Counted from the whole stretch's first letter, positions 39,658 through 52,703 are shown. The stretch is DNA of 63,946 nucleotides, filler included, from Lama guanicoe (GCA_013239625.1; 163 parts of 163 records of this genome joined end to end with filler, not necessarily neighbours in it), one strand, 5' to 3'. Numbers and translations are program-made. The notes: generated by a model not told the origin, from the sequence alone.

Positions 39658-39794
39658 GGGAGGTGGATCTGAGACTGGTTCTCCCATCTTTGCCTGGTGA
39701 ATGACACTCCCCGCCTTTTTTTTTTGCTGCAAATCTCGATGTCTCAGCATTTTGGCTTGCTGCACAAAGGGCAAACTAACCTGGTTCAGTAACA
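39658..39794 (+). mobile_element. ERV1-type LTR 3' end
   Basis: ggtggatctgagactggttctcccatct...gtctcagcattttggcttgctgcac...gttcagtaaca ends in CA. Confidence 0.6.
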
Positions 39795-40837
39795 ATTTCA
39801 GTATTATTCCATCCCAAGAAGATAATTCATAAACAGCAAATCAAAGATTGAATTCCAATTCAGAGAAACGCAAAGCCCTCACTCAGTTTCCTGGAGTGAC
39901 AGAATACCGTGGTTTTCTCAAGAATCCAAGATTACGGGGAAAAACAAAAANNNNNNNNNNNNNNNNNNNNNNNNNNNNNNNNNNNNNNNNNNNNTTAATT
40001 AATTAANNNNNNNNNNNNNNNNNNNNNNNNNNNNNNNNNNNNNNNNNNNNAGGAGGCCGGGTGGTGGTCAGGAGTGAGGCATCACACCTAAAACAGGAGC
40101 TGTAAATGCAAGTCTACAGTGCGAGCTGCGAGAAACCCCTCTCCCCGTACCCTATACACGTGCGGACTTTCCAATCTGCTTTTTAGCACGTCGCTCTTAA
40201 ATACAAGCATATGCTCACATACAACATATATTTGAAGAAAATTCTAGTGTGAGAGACAGAGTACAAAGCAAAGGTAAAAAGAAATTCAGAGAGCTTAGGT
40301 AATTCAGGGAGGAGAAGAAAATGTATTCAAAAAATGATGAATANNNNNNNNNNNNNNNNNNNNNNNNNNNNNNNNNNNNNNNNNNNNTTAATTAATTAAN
40401 NNNNNNNNNNNNNNNNNNNNNNNNNNNNNNNNNNNNNNNNNNNTGTAGAACCTAGTTCCGTGGCCCATTTTCATGTTGAAATGAGATAACACGTGTACAG
40501 CACCCAGCACCCTATGTGGTGTGTCCTAAGTGCTCAGCAAATGGTTACTCATTTCCTGCCTTCACAGAAGACCAGCCCTCGACCTTCACTGCAACATCTC
40601 AACAACGCCCCTCATCTGTACACCCCGTGTGTTGGGGAGGAACGCTTCAGAGATGTGTGAACGCTGGACAGTGGGGACAGTGAGTGGAGAAAGCTGCATT
40701 CCCGTCGGGGCCTGAGTTCTGCAGAAGGGAAGTACCNNNNNNNNNNNNNNNNNNNNNNNNNNNNNNNNNNNNNNNNNNNNTTAATTAATTAANNNNNNNN
40801 NNNNNNNNNNNNNNNNNNNNNNNNNNNNNNNNNNNNG

Positions 40838-41128
40838 ATTAATACTTGCTGTTGCTGCACAATTTTCATAAAATTCTGATTTCCAAAGCAAGTAATTTCC
40901 GCCAGATAAACAGGCGCGTGCTACTTGCTTCCAATCATTTGGAGGCAAATATTGATTTCCTAAACTTTCAACAATGGCCTGTGTAAAAGGTGCAGTGGGT
41001 CCATATTGAGCACAAGCCATTTTTAATTCTTTCAGTTGCTTAAAAGGAATGGTTTCATAATATCTTTGTTGTTGGGCATCCTCAAGGACTGGATAAACCA
41101 AGGAAAAACCAGGAATATGTTCTCCTTC
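40838..41128 (-). mobile_element. gag: Betaretroviral ERV gag fragment (capsid N-terminal domain), JSRV/MPMV-like, open frame
   Basis: 97 codons without a stop: EGEHIPGFSLVY|PVLEDAQQQRYYETIPFKQLKELKMACAQYGPTAPFTQAIVESLGNQYLPPNDWKQVARACLSGGNYLLWKSEF. It has the Y|P capsid cleavage site and the QYGPTAPFT, PPNDWKQ and ACLSGG.YLLWKSEF motifs. Confidence 0.92.
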
Positions 41129-44100
41129 TNNNNNNNNNNNNNNNNNNNNNNNNNNNNNNNNNNNNNNNNNNNNTTAATTAATTAANNNNNNNNNNNNNNN
41201 NNNNNNNNNNNNNNNNNNNNNNNNNNNNNGGAGAAGAGAAAATGAAGGAGGAGGAGGGAGAGTAGAGTCAGGTGAAGGAAGAGGAGAAAGACATCACTGG
41301 AAAAGCATCAGCCAGAGATTGGGCTAACTAATTATAGCAAGGCGACACTGTGACTTTCCACTCCTTGGTATCACACTGTAAGTAAAAAACCCACTATGAT
41401 GAGATACTTCTGATATTAACAGTAACAAATCAAAACTAGCCTATTAAATCCTGAATCCAAGGATAGTTGGTAGGGGCCAATGCTCTTGGGCAAGACTGAT
41501 AAGAAGGAAGAGGTGGACAATANNNNNNNNNNNNNNNNNNNNNNNNNNNNNNNNNNNNNNNNNNNNTTAATTAATTAANNNNNNNNNNNNNNNNNNNNNN
41601 NNNNNNNNNNNNNNNNNNNNNNAGCTAGATTATATACATATTTTTACGTATTGATATGAAGACTAGATAAGTTACTTTATGCTTCTCAGTAGACACTATT
41701 TGTTATTGTTAGTATTTTGTTATCTAATAAAGACTCAACAGTGATAGCTCAGTGTGGGAAGATGAATTAAAATTTACAAATGTGTATTCCACATTTCTTC
41801 TGTACTTAGGTCTGGTGAAGAGATCACAAATCTCATCTAGTTAGCCAGTTCCCTAGTTCACTAATATTCAACTGTGAAAGCTAGTAACACGATCTAAAAA
41901 TATTTAAAAAAAAAANNNNNNNNNNNNNNNNNNNNNNNNNNNNNNNNNNNNNNNNNNNNTTAATTAATTAANNNNNNNNNNNNNNNNNNNNNNNNNNNNN
42001 NNNNNNNNNNNNNNNCTTATATTCCAAATAGATCTTTATTTCCCCCTTACAGTCATACACCAAAGACATTTTTCATTCTGAATCAATATTGTTCATATGA
42101 GGGCCTCAATTTTCAAATTGCTTTTTGCCACAATAGCCTATTGGGAAAGAGGCTTTTCCTGTAATAGATGCTTGCTTTGTGTCATAGGGTTGAGAGAATG
42201 CTAAGGGAATAAGATGTCAAAGAGATATCTTTGATAAGAGATAAGAGATATCAAAATGCTTTGTAAATTTTAAAGTACAAGGACTGTTAAAATGTAATTT
42301 TGGTTTAANNNNNNNNNNNNNNNNNNNNNNNNNNNNNNNNNNNNNNNNNNNNTTAATTAATTAANNNNNNNNNNNNNNNNNNNNNNNNNNNNNNNNNNNN
42401 NNNNNNNNCAAGGGGGACATTTTCATATGCGTGAGTGGATGGGTTTCCTAGGAAAAAATGGTTTGTAATGCTGTAATAACTACAGACATTGGTTGAGTTG
42501 GGTGCCTTCTGGAGTGCACAGGTGATTCATTGTTTTGTTAACAGTAAGGACGTGATGTCTGGGCGGCTCTAGGATAATGGCCATTGGGGGGATAATTAGG
42601 GAGGCGATGGTTTTTGAAGGCTGGAAAATGGGAAGTTAGGAAAGCAGAAAGTGTAGCAGGAATGCATGGTCTCAGGAGAGATAAAGAGGCAAAGGAAAAT
42701 TNNNNNNNNNNNNNNNNNNNNNNNNNNNNNNNNNNNNNNNNNNNNTTAATTAATTAANNNNNNNNNNNNNNNNNNNNNNNNNNNNNNNNNNNNNNNNNNN
42801 NCGAAGCAGCACTTGAGAAGGAGGGCAAGCATGCAGTCTGTATGCCAGTCCCTGAAGTATTTCAGCCCTGCCCCCAGGTTGTGTGCCCTAAGGGAATTCC
42901 TGCTGAAGAAGGGTGGTGCAGCAGTGCACTTGAAAGATGAGTTTTGCTAAAATTCAAATTCTGCAGTCAGGAACAGAAGAAACAGGAAGAGCATTTGCTC
43001 ATTCCCAGGTTATCATGAAAAGCCAACGTAGCCGTAATATTTACGTGTACTCTTCCCCTGGTAGGGTATTATGTGGATTTCTTTCAGCTCTGGCNNNNNN
43101 NNNNNNNNNNNNNNNNNNNNNNNNNNNNNNNNNNNNNNTTAATTAATTAANNNNNNNNNNNNNNNNNNNNNNNNNNNNNNNNNNNNNNNNNNNNTTGAAT
43201 AAGAGGATCCAGTGGTGGGTCTACTAACCACAACATTCTGCCACAGCAGTGAGTGTCAGTCATCTTCTGAGATCTGCAACAATTGCATTTTTAATGTAAA
43301 TAAAGATAAATAACATATAAGCCAAGAAGTGTGGATTCAGATTCAGGGGTATCTCGGGTCCATATCCCCACCACTTCCCCGAGCTCCCTGCTCTTACCCT
43401 AATGTCATTGAAAGAAGTGGGGTATGTTTGTGAAGCGTAGGGCATGTTCCATTGCAAAGAAATCTCGTAGCAAACCTGGGAGCATGGNNNNNNNNNNNNN
43501 NNNNNNNNNNNNNNNNNNNNNNNNNNNNNNNTTAATTAATTAANNNNNNNNNNNNNNNNNNNNNNNNNNNNNNNNNNNNNNNNNNNNCAAATTACTATGT
43601 TGTGGAACTGAAACTAATATAACATAGCTAGTCACTTATACTTCAATAAAATTTTTAACTACATAAAATGAAAATGTGACTTTATGTGGCAAAAGGGACT
43701 TTGGATATGTGATTAACTTAAGGTTCTTGATACGAATTTTCCTGGATTATCAGGGTAGACCCTAAATATAATCATAAATATCCTCTATTTACCAGAAACA
43801 AATAGACTGCCAGAAATTTCTCCAGCAAAGATGGTTTTATTCTAGATCAGAAGAGAATTGCAGTTCAAGGTCTGTAACCANNNNNNNNNNNNNNNNNNNN
43901 NNNNNNNNNNNNNNNNNNNNNNNNTTAATTAATTAANNNNNNNNNNNNNNNNNNNNNNNNNNNNNNNNNNNNNNNNNNNNGCTTACTCTATCTGGGCTCT
44001 GGAATAATTTCTAATTTTCCAGAGATTTTGAGGCCAGAGATTGTATTTCATTCATCTTTGTAACTCTTGAGGCAAAGAACCTCCTATAGATTAGACACTA

Positions 44101-45184
44101 AATAAATGTTTGATGATTAAAAATGAAAAACATTTTGTTTAAATAGAGGGACCTTTAATTTATATTTATAAAATATATTTTTATAAATATTTAAAAAGAG
44201 GAACCTTGAAACAAATGAAGGGTGAACCATGAAGCTGAGGTGATGGAGTTAGATAGTAAGGGAAAGTTAAGAGNNNNNNNNNNNNNNNNNNNNNNNNNNN
44301 NNNNNNNNNNNNNNNNNTTAATTAATTAANNNNNNNNNNNNNNNNNNNNNNNNNNNNNNNNNNNNNNNNNNNNGCACAGTCAGGCACCTTCTGTCCCTGA
44401 CAGTGACTACTAGCAGGGAAGGAACCAGGGTAAAAGCATGTCTTATGCAAGATCAGGCTGATGGTAAACACTATGTTTTAAACAACGAACAGCACTGTCA
44501 GAGTGGGACACGTGAGGCACTCAAACAGGGAGGAGGAGGCTGAGGATCCACTTCCAGCACTTCTGTATCTTTTATCCCTCCAATTTCTGACCTTTCTTTT
44601 GTCATTTTTCCTAGCACTGCCATCACTGGCAGGTAAGGGGGCAGCAGTGTGACCTGGCCATGTGGCNNNNNNNNNNNNNNNNNNNNNNNNNNNNNNNNNN
44701 NNNNNNNNNNTTAATTAATTAANNNNNNNNNNNNNNNNNNNNNNNNNNNNNNNNNNNNNNNNNNNNCAAACGAGAACATGGCTGCACTGAATTTGAATGC
44801 ATATTGGTTTGGTTCAATTGTCAATTTTTTTCCCTTCCACTTCACATAAAAATTGACTGTACTGCCCCCGCAAGTAATTTGGTAACTACAAATTAATTTA
44901 ATTATCCAAGACCAGTTTACCTAACCTTATCAGACAAATCAATTCACAAAGCCTAATGATACTCATGCTGGTCTACACCCATAACTGTATTTCATACACA
45001 CATCACTTTTAGAATGTCCAAATCCACAGACCCAGCAGGTAGACAGAGTACTAAATTTANNNNNNNNNNNNNNNNNNNNNNNNNNNNNNNNNNNNNNNNN
45101 NNNTTAATTAATTAANNNNNNNNNNNNNNNNNNNNNNNNNNNNNNNNNNNNNNNNNNNNATTTTCAGAGCCCTTTCCTCGCGGT

Positions 45185-45365
45185 CACTGCTGGTCAGTGT
45201 GTGTCCCCGGACTGCAGTCTCACCGCCTGCTGGGAACTGGTTACAGACACAGATGCTCAGGCCCCACTTCTGACCCACTGCAACAAATTCCGGAAGGAGG
45301 GCTCCACAGTCTGGGGTGTCAGCAAGCCCTCCAAACGACCTGGATGCGCTCAAGTTGGAGAAGCG
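45185..45365. mobile_element. MER5A-like hAT-Charlie MITE
   Basis: gtgtgtccccggactgcag...tgggaactggttacagacacagatgctcaggcccc...caagccctcc...gctcaagttggagaa. Confidence 0.7.
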
Positions 45366-45610
45366 GTGATTTACAACGTGAGGATAATACGTTAAGTTGC
45401 TCATCTGATCATGTTTAGCAATTTCACAGCAATAAAACACGTGAAGGCAAGANNNNNNNNNNNNNNNNNNNNNNNNNNNNNNNNNNNNNNNNNNNNTTAA
45501 TTAATTAANNNNNNNNNNNNNNNNNNNNNNNNNNNNNNNNNNNNNNNNNNNNTAAATATTTAAGAGTATATTGTACTTTAGATCTTTGTGAATATTTTAT
45601 AAAAAAAAGA

Positions 45611-45664
45611 TGTGTGTATGCATATATATACATACACACACACACACACACACACACACGTACA

Positions 45665-45698
<34 letters not shown>
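45611..45698. repeat. Compound (CA)n/(TG)n inverted microsatellite
   Basis: catac(ac)n-g at 45631-45660 is the reverse complement of cg(tg)n-tatg at 45667-45698. Confidence 0.95.
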
Positions 45699-46333
45699 AG
45701 CTTTTGCAACCTAAAACTTTGTGGCTATTATTTGGTACCTTACATGGTCTTTGCCTTCTGAAGGTACTTTTTCCTTTTTAATAATAGTTTCCTTTTGATC
45801 AGTGTTGTTCATTCAGAAGTTACTGTCCATAAGTAGCTTTNNNNNNNNNNNNNNNNNNNNNNNNNNNNNNNNNNNNNNNNNNNNTTAATTAATTAANNNN
45901 NNNNNNNNNNNNNNNNNNNNNNNNNNNNNNNNNNNNNNNNAAAAAAAAATTGCCAACAGCTCAAGAAGCCACTCTCATGCCTCCTCCCAATATTATACAC
46001 TCTCCTCTTTCCAGAGGTAATCACTTTCCTGACTTCACCATAAATTAGTTGTCTGTCCTTTTAACTTTATATAAATGAAATTACAGTGTGATTGTGTGCT
46101 TCTGTGTATTTATTCATTCATCCATTTTCTTGTGTAGCAAAGATAATTATTTTTAAATTGCTGTGAACTGTTACATTGTATAAGTATACCATGATGTTAT
46201 TTATCTTTTCTATTGTCGATGGACAATTGGACANNNNNNNNNNNNNNNNNNNNNNNNNNNNNNNNNNNNNNNNNNNNTTAATTAATTAANNNNNNNNNNN
46301 NNNNNNNNNNNNNNNNNNNNNNNNNNNNNNNNN

Positions 46334-46626
46334 CCCCATACCCTCTGCAGTAGCTCCTCTCTGACATAACCAGATAATAGTATCTCATGTGTATTTCCTG
46401 AGTTTTTCAGATGCTTAAACCCACCACCAAATGGGAGAAGTTAACTACTTGATGATCATGAGCACGTGGCCCCCAGACCTTCTGGCACCTAAGGGTTGAT
46501 AGTGTTGACCGCCCTGTTACCTCCAAATCAATCAGTCAGAGAACTGTGCACAAGCTGATCACGCACCCTGCAACCCCCCTCCCTTACCTGGCCTTTAAAT
46601 ATGCTTTGTTGAAACCCTTGGAGGAG
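46334..46626 (+). mobile_element. ERV1-type LTR fragment (U3 with TATA-like tttaaata)
   Basis: aatcagtcagagaactgtgcacaagctgatcacgcaccctgcaaccccc...gcctttaaatatgcttt resembles cetartiodactyl ERV1 LTRs. Confidence 0.65.
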
Positions 46627-47906
46627 NNNNNNNNNNNNNNNNNNNNNNNNNNNNNNNNNNNNNNNNNNNNTTAATTAATTAANNNNNNNNNNNNNNNNNN
46701 NNNNNNNNNNNNNNNNNNNNNNNNNNATTCTGGCCATTAGCACATGAGCAGAAGTAATGTGAGCACATTTGGACCATGTATTTAAAAGGAAGCCTTCTTC
46801 ATTCCCTTTTCCTTTCTGATGAATGAAATACAGACATGGTAGTGAGCTATTAGGGGCCACCCCCTAGAGACAGCGAGCCAGCATGTCCTCCATCTTCCTG
46901 CTCCAACTTGGATCACTTATCCTCTAGACCTGATCCACAGCTGACATTCTGAGACTGCCTGCATTTCTCTCTCTAGTTGGTTCCTTTTGTCCCCAGATGT
47001 CAGGTCCTTCTCTTTATTTNNNNNNNNNNNNNNNNNNNNNNNNNNNNNNNNNNNNNNNNNNNNTTAATTAATTAANNNNNNNNNNNNNNNNNNNNNNNNN
47101 NNNNNNNNNNNNNNNNNNNGCTTGTAGAAGCAGTGCTCTGGGCTCTAGTTGATCCCTTCCCACGACATTCATGTCTGCAAGAACCTAGGGTCCAGCTGTC
47201 TGTGATCCCGTGCGACAGAGGCCGAGCTTCCTTGCCTGCAGTCATCCTCCTCCCCTTTGTGTTAGAGATTTGCTTTTTGTTCTAACTCCAGTGGAAGTTA
47301 TCCTTCCTGCTTCCCGCAGTGAAAAATCCTGAACGTAGAAATAAAATTTTAGAAAATTTTCTAGTCACTCACAGAGCTATAGGGTAAAAGAGCCTTTCTC
47401 CTAAGATAGGGANNNNNNNNNNNNNNNNNNNNNNNNNNNNNNNNNNNNNNNNNNNNTTAATTAATTAANNNNNNNNNNNNNNNNNNNNNNNNNNNNNNNN
47501 NNNNNNNNNNNNGGTCATAGAGCCATCCATTAGTCTGTGACATCAGCTATGTTTCTGTAGAGTTGTGAAGTGTTTTACAAGCATTGTTAAAGCCATTATG
47601 TATAATAAGCATAAAAGCAGTAAGAACTATTATATCTTCCATCTTTTCCTATACTTTACAATAGTTTATAAAGCATGGTAATTATCCGTTGTTTAAAAGA
47701 ACCAGTTGATAGAAAAATCTACAAGTCTAACAAAATATCCTGTTGCTGGTGCCATGGTGAAAAGGCACTTGGTGGTGGAGATGCTTCACAGTTCTACCAC
47801 ACCTACNNNNNNNNNNNNNNNNNNNNNNNNNNNNNNNNNNNNNNNNNNNNTTAATTAATTAANNNNNNNNNNNNNNNNNNNNNNNNNNNNNNNNNNNNNN
47901 NNNNNN

Positions 47907-48197
47907 CAAAACTGAGCATGTGGAGAGACGTTCGTTCATCTATCACAAAGGGAACGGTTTGCAGGGGAAACACATACTCTGGTTTCCCAGTGTGTTTCCT
48001 AGAGCTGGTTGGAATTTCCTGCAGATTTCACTGTAAAACCGAGTTGGAGCTTCTTCCTCGCCATATATATGTATGGATAGAAATCTGAAACTTAAGAGAA
48101 ACTTTGTGTTCCCAACAAGCTAGGTGAAGGATGGCTTTTAAACCCACTTTACTCTCAGAACTCAGCATTTGGAAAGACGTACGTTTATGTAGCACAA
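47907..48197 (+). repeat. Satellite family A, 249-bp period
   Basis: caaaactgagcatgtggagagacg at 47907 recurs as cagaactcagcatttggaaagacg at 48156. Confidence 0.88.
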
Positions 48198-48517
48198 NNN
48201 NNNNNNNNNNNNNNNNNNNNNNNNNNNNNNNNNNNNNNNNNTTAATTAATTAANNNNNNNNNNNNNNNNNNNNNNNNNNNNNNNNNNNNNNNNNNNNAAA
48301 AAAAATTTTTTTTTCCACTTTAAGTTGGGGTAGTTCACTAATGAAAAAAACAATAAACTCAACTTTATAATCAGGGATTTCCCAGGTCAGAATGCAAACA
48401 TTAATTGTTACAACAGGTTGGTTAATGTATTTTTGGAAGTCCCTGTCATATTAGTAAGCACTTATAAATGAAGATTCAGGAATAACGGAAGTCTTAGCAG
48501 TCAACTGCTTTCAAAAT

Positions 48518-48591
48518 ACAGTTGGTTCTCCATATCTGTATCTGCAGATTCAACCAACCACAGACAGAAAATATTTGAAAAAATCAAAAAA
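48518..48591 (+). mobile_element. Tigger3/MER2-like transposon end
   Basis: ta-cagttggttctccatatctg...gattcaaccaaccacagacagaaaatatttgaaaaaa. Confidence 0.6.
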
Positions 48592-49138
48592 NNNNNNNNN
48601 NNNNNNNNNNNNNNNNNNNNNNNNNNNNNNNNNNNTTAATTAATTAANNNNNNNNNNNNNNNNNNNNNNNNNNNNNNNNNNNNNNNNNNNNTTGGTGCTC
48701 AGGGTTCTAAGTTTATGAGCTGCCTTTAATGCATATCACCATCCTGTGACAGTTTTAACACACTCAGGCTGTACTTACTTTATGGTGATAATGTCCCTTT
48801 GATGAGTGAGCACTATCTTTTTCATAGACCTCTAGTTGTCACTTAAGTCAGCAGCGTATGTGCTTCAGTGAGCATTTGTAAATAACTCACAAATTAATCA
48901 CTCCCATTTCTCAGATACTTCTGCAGAAAGATGAACTGAAGTTGCTCTGTGGTTTCTTTGGCAAGAATGGAGAGAAATTAAACTTNNNNNNNNNNNNNNN
49001 NNNNNNNNNNNNNNNNNNNNNNNNNNNNNTTAATTAATTAANNNNNNNNNNNNNNNNNNNNNNNNNNNNNNNNNNNNNNNNNNNNGGCAGAGGTGTCTTC
49101 CCCCAGAGGAGCAGACCATATAGCTATTAGCATCGTAG

Positions 49139-49378
49139 TGTTACTGAGTCCAGACTCATTCTGCTCACCACATAACAGGCCAATAAACTGGGAAACAAAG
49201 TGTTGGGGCAAGGAATAATGACTTTATTCGAAGCCAGCAGACCGGGAAGATGGGGGACTAATTCCAAGAGAACCATCTTACCCAAGTCAGAATTCAGGCT
49301 CCTTTTACATTAAAAAGAAGAGGTGGGTATGTTTGGTTGTTGCAAACTTCTTGGTGTCAGAATCTTTTGTTCTTGCAG
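49139..49378 (-). mobile_element. ERV1-type LTR fragment
   Basis: Begins tgttactgagtcc; contains an antisense poly(A) signal (actttatt) and an antisense TATA-like ttttacatt. Confidence 0.65.
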
Positions 49379-49872
49379 NNNNNNNNNNNNNNNNNNNNNN
49401 NNNNNNNNNNNNNNNNNNNNNNTTAATTAATTAANNNNNNNNNNNNNNNNNNNNNNNNNNNNNNNNNNNNNNNNNNNNAAAAGCTGACTCAAAAATAAAG
49501 AGGCTCAGGCTGGGTTTTAAGGTCCTAAAGGAACAAATACCAAGGCTCAGCTTGACCAGGTTTGTCCTGAAATAGCCCCGGGGCTAATCTCTCATCCTGG
49601 TAGGCCTGAGGGTGTCCAGAGCAGTTTGTTTTCCCAGGACAGTGTGTCCCTCCCCCACCCCACAGGGGCCTCTGATCTCACCTGTGAGCTGGACAGCCTC
49701 GCGGACGCCCATGTGTGAAGCCTGCAGCTCCAGCGGGGCCACCACACCCGTCCCCGTGCCGCACGTCCACCCNNNNNNNNNNNNNNNNNNNNNNNNNNNN
49801 NNNNNNNNNNNNNNNNTTAATTAATTAANNNNNNNNNNNNNNNNNNNNNNNNNNNNNNNNNNNNNNNNNNNN

Positions 49873-50166
49873 ATTACTTTAAACTCTTTCTCGGATAAAC
49901 TGCCTGTCTCCTCATCACTTAGTTCTTCTTCTTAACCTTGGCCTGGGAGATTCTCCTCTGCCGCCTCATACTGTTTATCTTTCTATGTGTATTTTTAGGT
50001 AGGTTAGCTAGCGTTTCTCGACCTTGGAAAGGTGGCCCTCTGTGGGAGACATCCTGTGCATCCCTGCAGTACACTCCTCTTTTGTCAGGCAAGGGCCAGG
50101 GTCCAGCAGGTCCCAGGTTAGAGTCTGGCCTGTGTTTGTGGATTCCTTCCACAGGCTTTGGGATTG
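49873..50166 (-). mobile_element. L1 5' UTR/ORF1 start region, diverged
   Basis: Minus strand ...KINSMRRQRRISQAK resembles cetartiodactyl L1 ORF1 starts (MRRQRN..Q.KE). Confidence 0.55.
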
Positions 50167-50660
50167 NNNNNNNNNNNNNNNNNNNNNNNNNNNNNNNNNN
50201 NNNNNNNNNNTTAATTAATTAANNNNNNNNNNNNNNNNNNNNNNNNNNNNNNNNNNNNNNNNNNNNACACCAAATGACATTTGCAAATCCTGTGCTGAAA
50301 GCTAATGGCAAAATACAGAAAGCCAATAGAGCAAGACCAATAATGACAGGAATTCAAGGACTGAAAGTTTGGATCACTTAACAGTCCTGCATCAGCGATA
50401 CATTTCCTAATTTGACAATTGTACCAATGTTAGGTAAGAAGGTGGTCTTGTTCTTACACAATATCTGTGAAATCATTTAGTGATAAAAGAGCATAAAGTT
50501 CCCAGTTAACTCCTGAATGGGTCAGAAAGTGCAATAGGAATACACATAAATGTAGAGAGANNNNNNNNNNNNNNNNNNNNNNNNNNNNNNNNNNNNNNNN
50601 NNNNTTAATTAATTAANNNNNNNNNNNNNNNNNNNNNNNNNNNNNNNNNNNNNNNNNNNN

Positions 50661-50954
50661 GTTTCGCCCTGGCAGGCGCCAGGGGACAGAGGCCCCACCT
50701 CGCTGCCTTCGCAGAGGGAGGAACCCGTTTGCCCGAGAGACGCTCGCTGGGCGACCGGCCGGCCTGGGCAGGGATCCCGGGGCTCCGGGCCGGGCCGGGC
50801 AGCGGGCTGCAGACCCGTGTGCCGACAGGCCCGTGTCTCCCGGGAGCCGCTCTCAGCAGGGGCCCGGGCACCACCGAGCCGGGGCAGGTCTGCCCCGGGA
50901 GACTGTGCGGCGGTGTGCAAGCCGCGCCAGGGCCTCACCGCGGGTGGGAACGTG
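50661..50954. promoter_or_regulatory. GC/CpG-rich fragment, probable CpG island
   Basis: High CpG density; no recognisable protein in any frame. Confidence 0.55.
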
Positions 50955-51054
50955 NNNNNNNNNNNNNNNNNNNNNNNNNNNNNNNNNNNNNNNNNNNNTT
51001 AATTAATTAANNNNNNNNNNNNNNNNNNNNNNNNNNNNNNNNNNNNNNNNNNNN

Positions 51055-51348
51055 GGAGGAGCCTCCCCACACTCAAGATAACAGAACACTTTTCCGTGTG
51101 TCTACTGGAAGTGGGGAAACAGAGTTCAGGTTTATTTCAGGGGCCACTGGTATTCCCAGTTTGGGGGGTGTTGGTTAAACACCTCCACTTCCCATGCAGA
51201 TGCACTCGCTAATACTCGGTTTTAGAGCCCAACCCCTACTTTCCACCGAACTCTGACCTAGGCAAACCATCAGGAAAGACATGCTAAAGGATTCTATTCG
51301 AACCCAGGTGCTTCTGTCAGTTGGAGGATCCTCCCCACACTCAGGAAG
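51055..51348 (+). repeat. Satellite family B, 268-bp period
   Basis: ggagga.cctccccacactca at 51055 recurs at 51323. Homologous to 55783-56075. Confidence 0.85.
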
Positions 51349-52631
51349 NNNNNNNNNNNNNNNNNNNNNNNNNNNNNNNNNNNNNNNNNNNNTTAATTAA
51401 TTAANNNNNNNNNNNNNNNNNNNNNNNNNNNNNNNNNNNNNNNNNNNNTGTGCCTTCTGGTCAGTTACTGAGGAGTAAAGAGGTACCATTTGCAGGATAC
51501 ATTTTTTAACCAAAAAATTATTAGGAAAAAGCTAACATATCCAAGCAGATCAAATTTGGCATAAATTTGAGACTTTACTATTCAAGCAAAACCTCAATTT
51601 TATAAATCTACTAGTAAAACTAACATATAACAATTCCGTATTTATTAAAAGAACTAATGAGAAACATATGGACCATCTGATTACACTTTACAATTACATA
51701 AACACTTTCTAAAAACTAGTCAAGACACAAAAAGTAAAAACTNNNNNNNNNNNNNNNNNNNNNNNNNNNNNNNNNNNNNNNNNNNNTTAATTAATTAANN
51801 NNNNNNNNNNNNNNNNNNNNNNNNNNNNNNNNNNNNNNNNNNCCCTAAGGGGGCAGCTCAGGGAGGGGGAGCTGAGCTGCAGTGACTGACGTCTTGATAG
51901 AGGTACCATCGGGGCAGTTGCAATGAGATAGCTTGATAGCTGCAGCATCCTTTGTCACTGATATGGCAGGCACTGTCTTTCATTCACACATGGGTTAGGA
52001 CTTTGAGGACTTGCTTAGGGCCATATGACATTTATTAAGATATTCTTTGGCACATGACATTGCATGAGATAAAATATGAGAAAACTCAATATATATACAA
52101 GTGAAGTTTCATGTAGGGAAAACTTGTAGAAATAATNNNNNNNNNNNNNNNNNNNNNNNNNNNNNNNNNNNNNNNNNNNNTTAATTAATTAANNNNNNNN
52201 NNNNNNNNNNNNNNNNNNNNNNNNNNNNNNNNNNNNAAAAATGTATAGATAGGAATTTATGTTTTCTTCTGGTACTTTTCTAACTCTGTATATTTAAAAA
52301 TGTTAATCTATACATCTGACACTTATGTTTGTGAGATAAAAATCTAGCTACTTTTCTCTAAATAGATTATTTCTCCACCATTCATTACTAACTTCTCTTT
52401 TCCTTACATGAAATTTCATCAGTAACAAGTTCCAAAGTCTTACATAGACTTGGGTGTTTGGGCATGTTCCGTTCCATTCACTTATCTGTTTTTTCAACTG
52501 TTGGTAAATCAGTAATTTGTGGAAATTTACNNNNNNNNNNNNNNNNNNNNNNNNNNNNNNNNNNNNNNNNNNNNTTAATTAATTAANNNNNNNNNNNNNN
52601 NNNNNNNNNNNNNNNNNNNNNNNNNNNNNNC

Positions 52632-52703
52632 CTTGACGAAAAGCTCGATGATGGGCTCTTTGTCCTCCTCCTTCAACCCGTTCAGCGGCATTGACAGCGC
52701 CAT
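52632..52703 (-). CDS. CLIC4: CLIC4 (or a CLIC4 retrocopy), first 24 codons; missed by the ORF track
   Basis: gccATGG Kozak followed by [26 protein letters not shown]-rich leader at 52704-52924. Confidence 0.88.
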
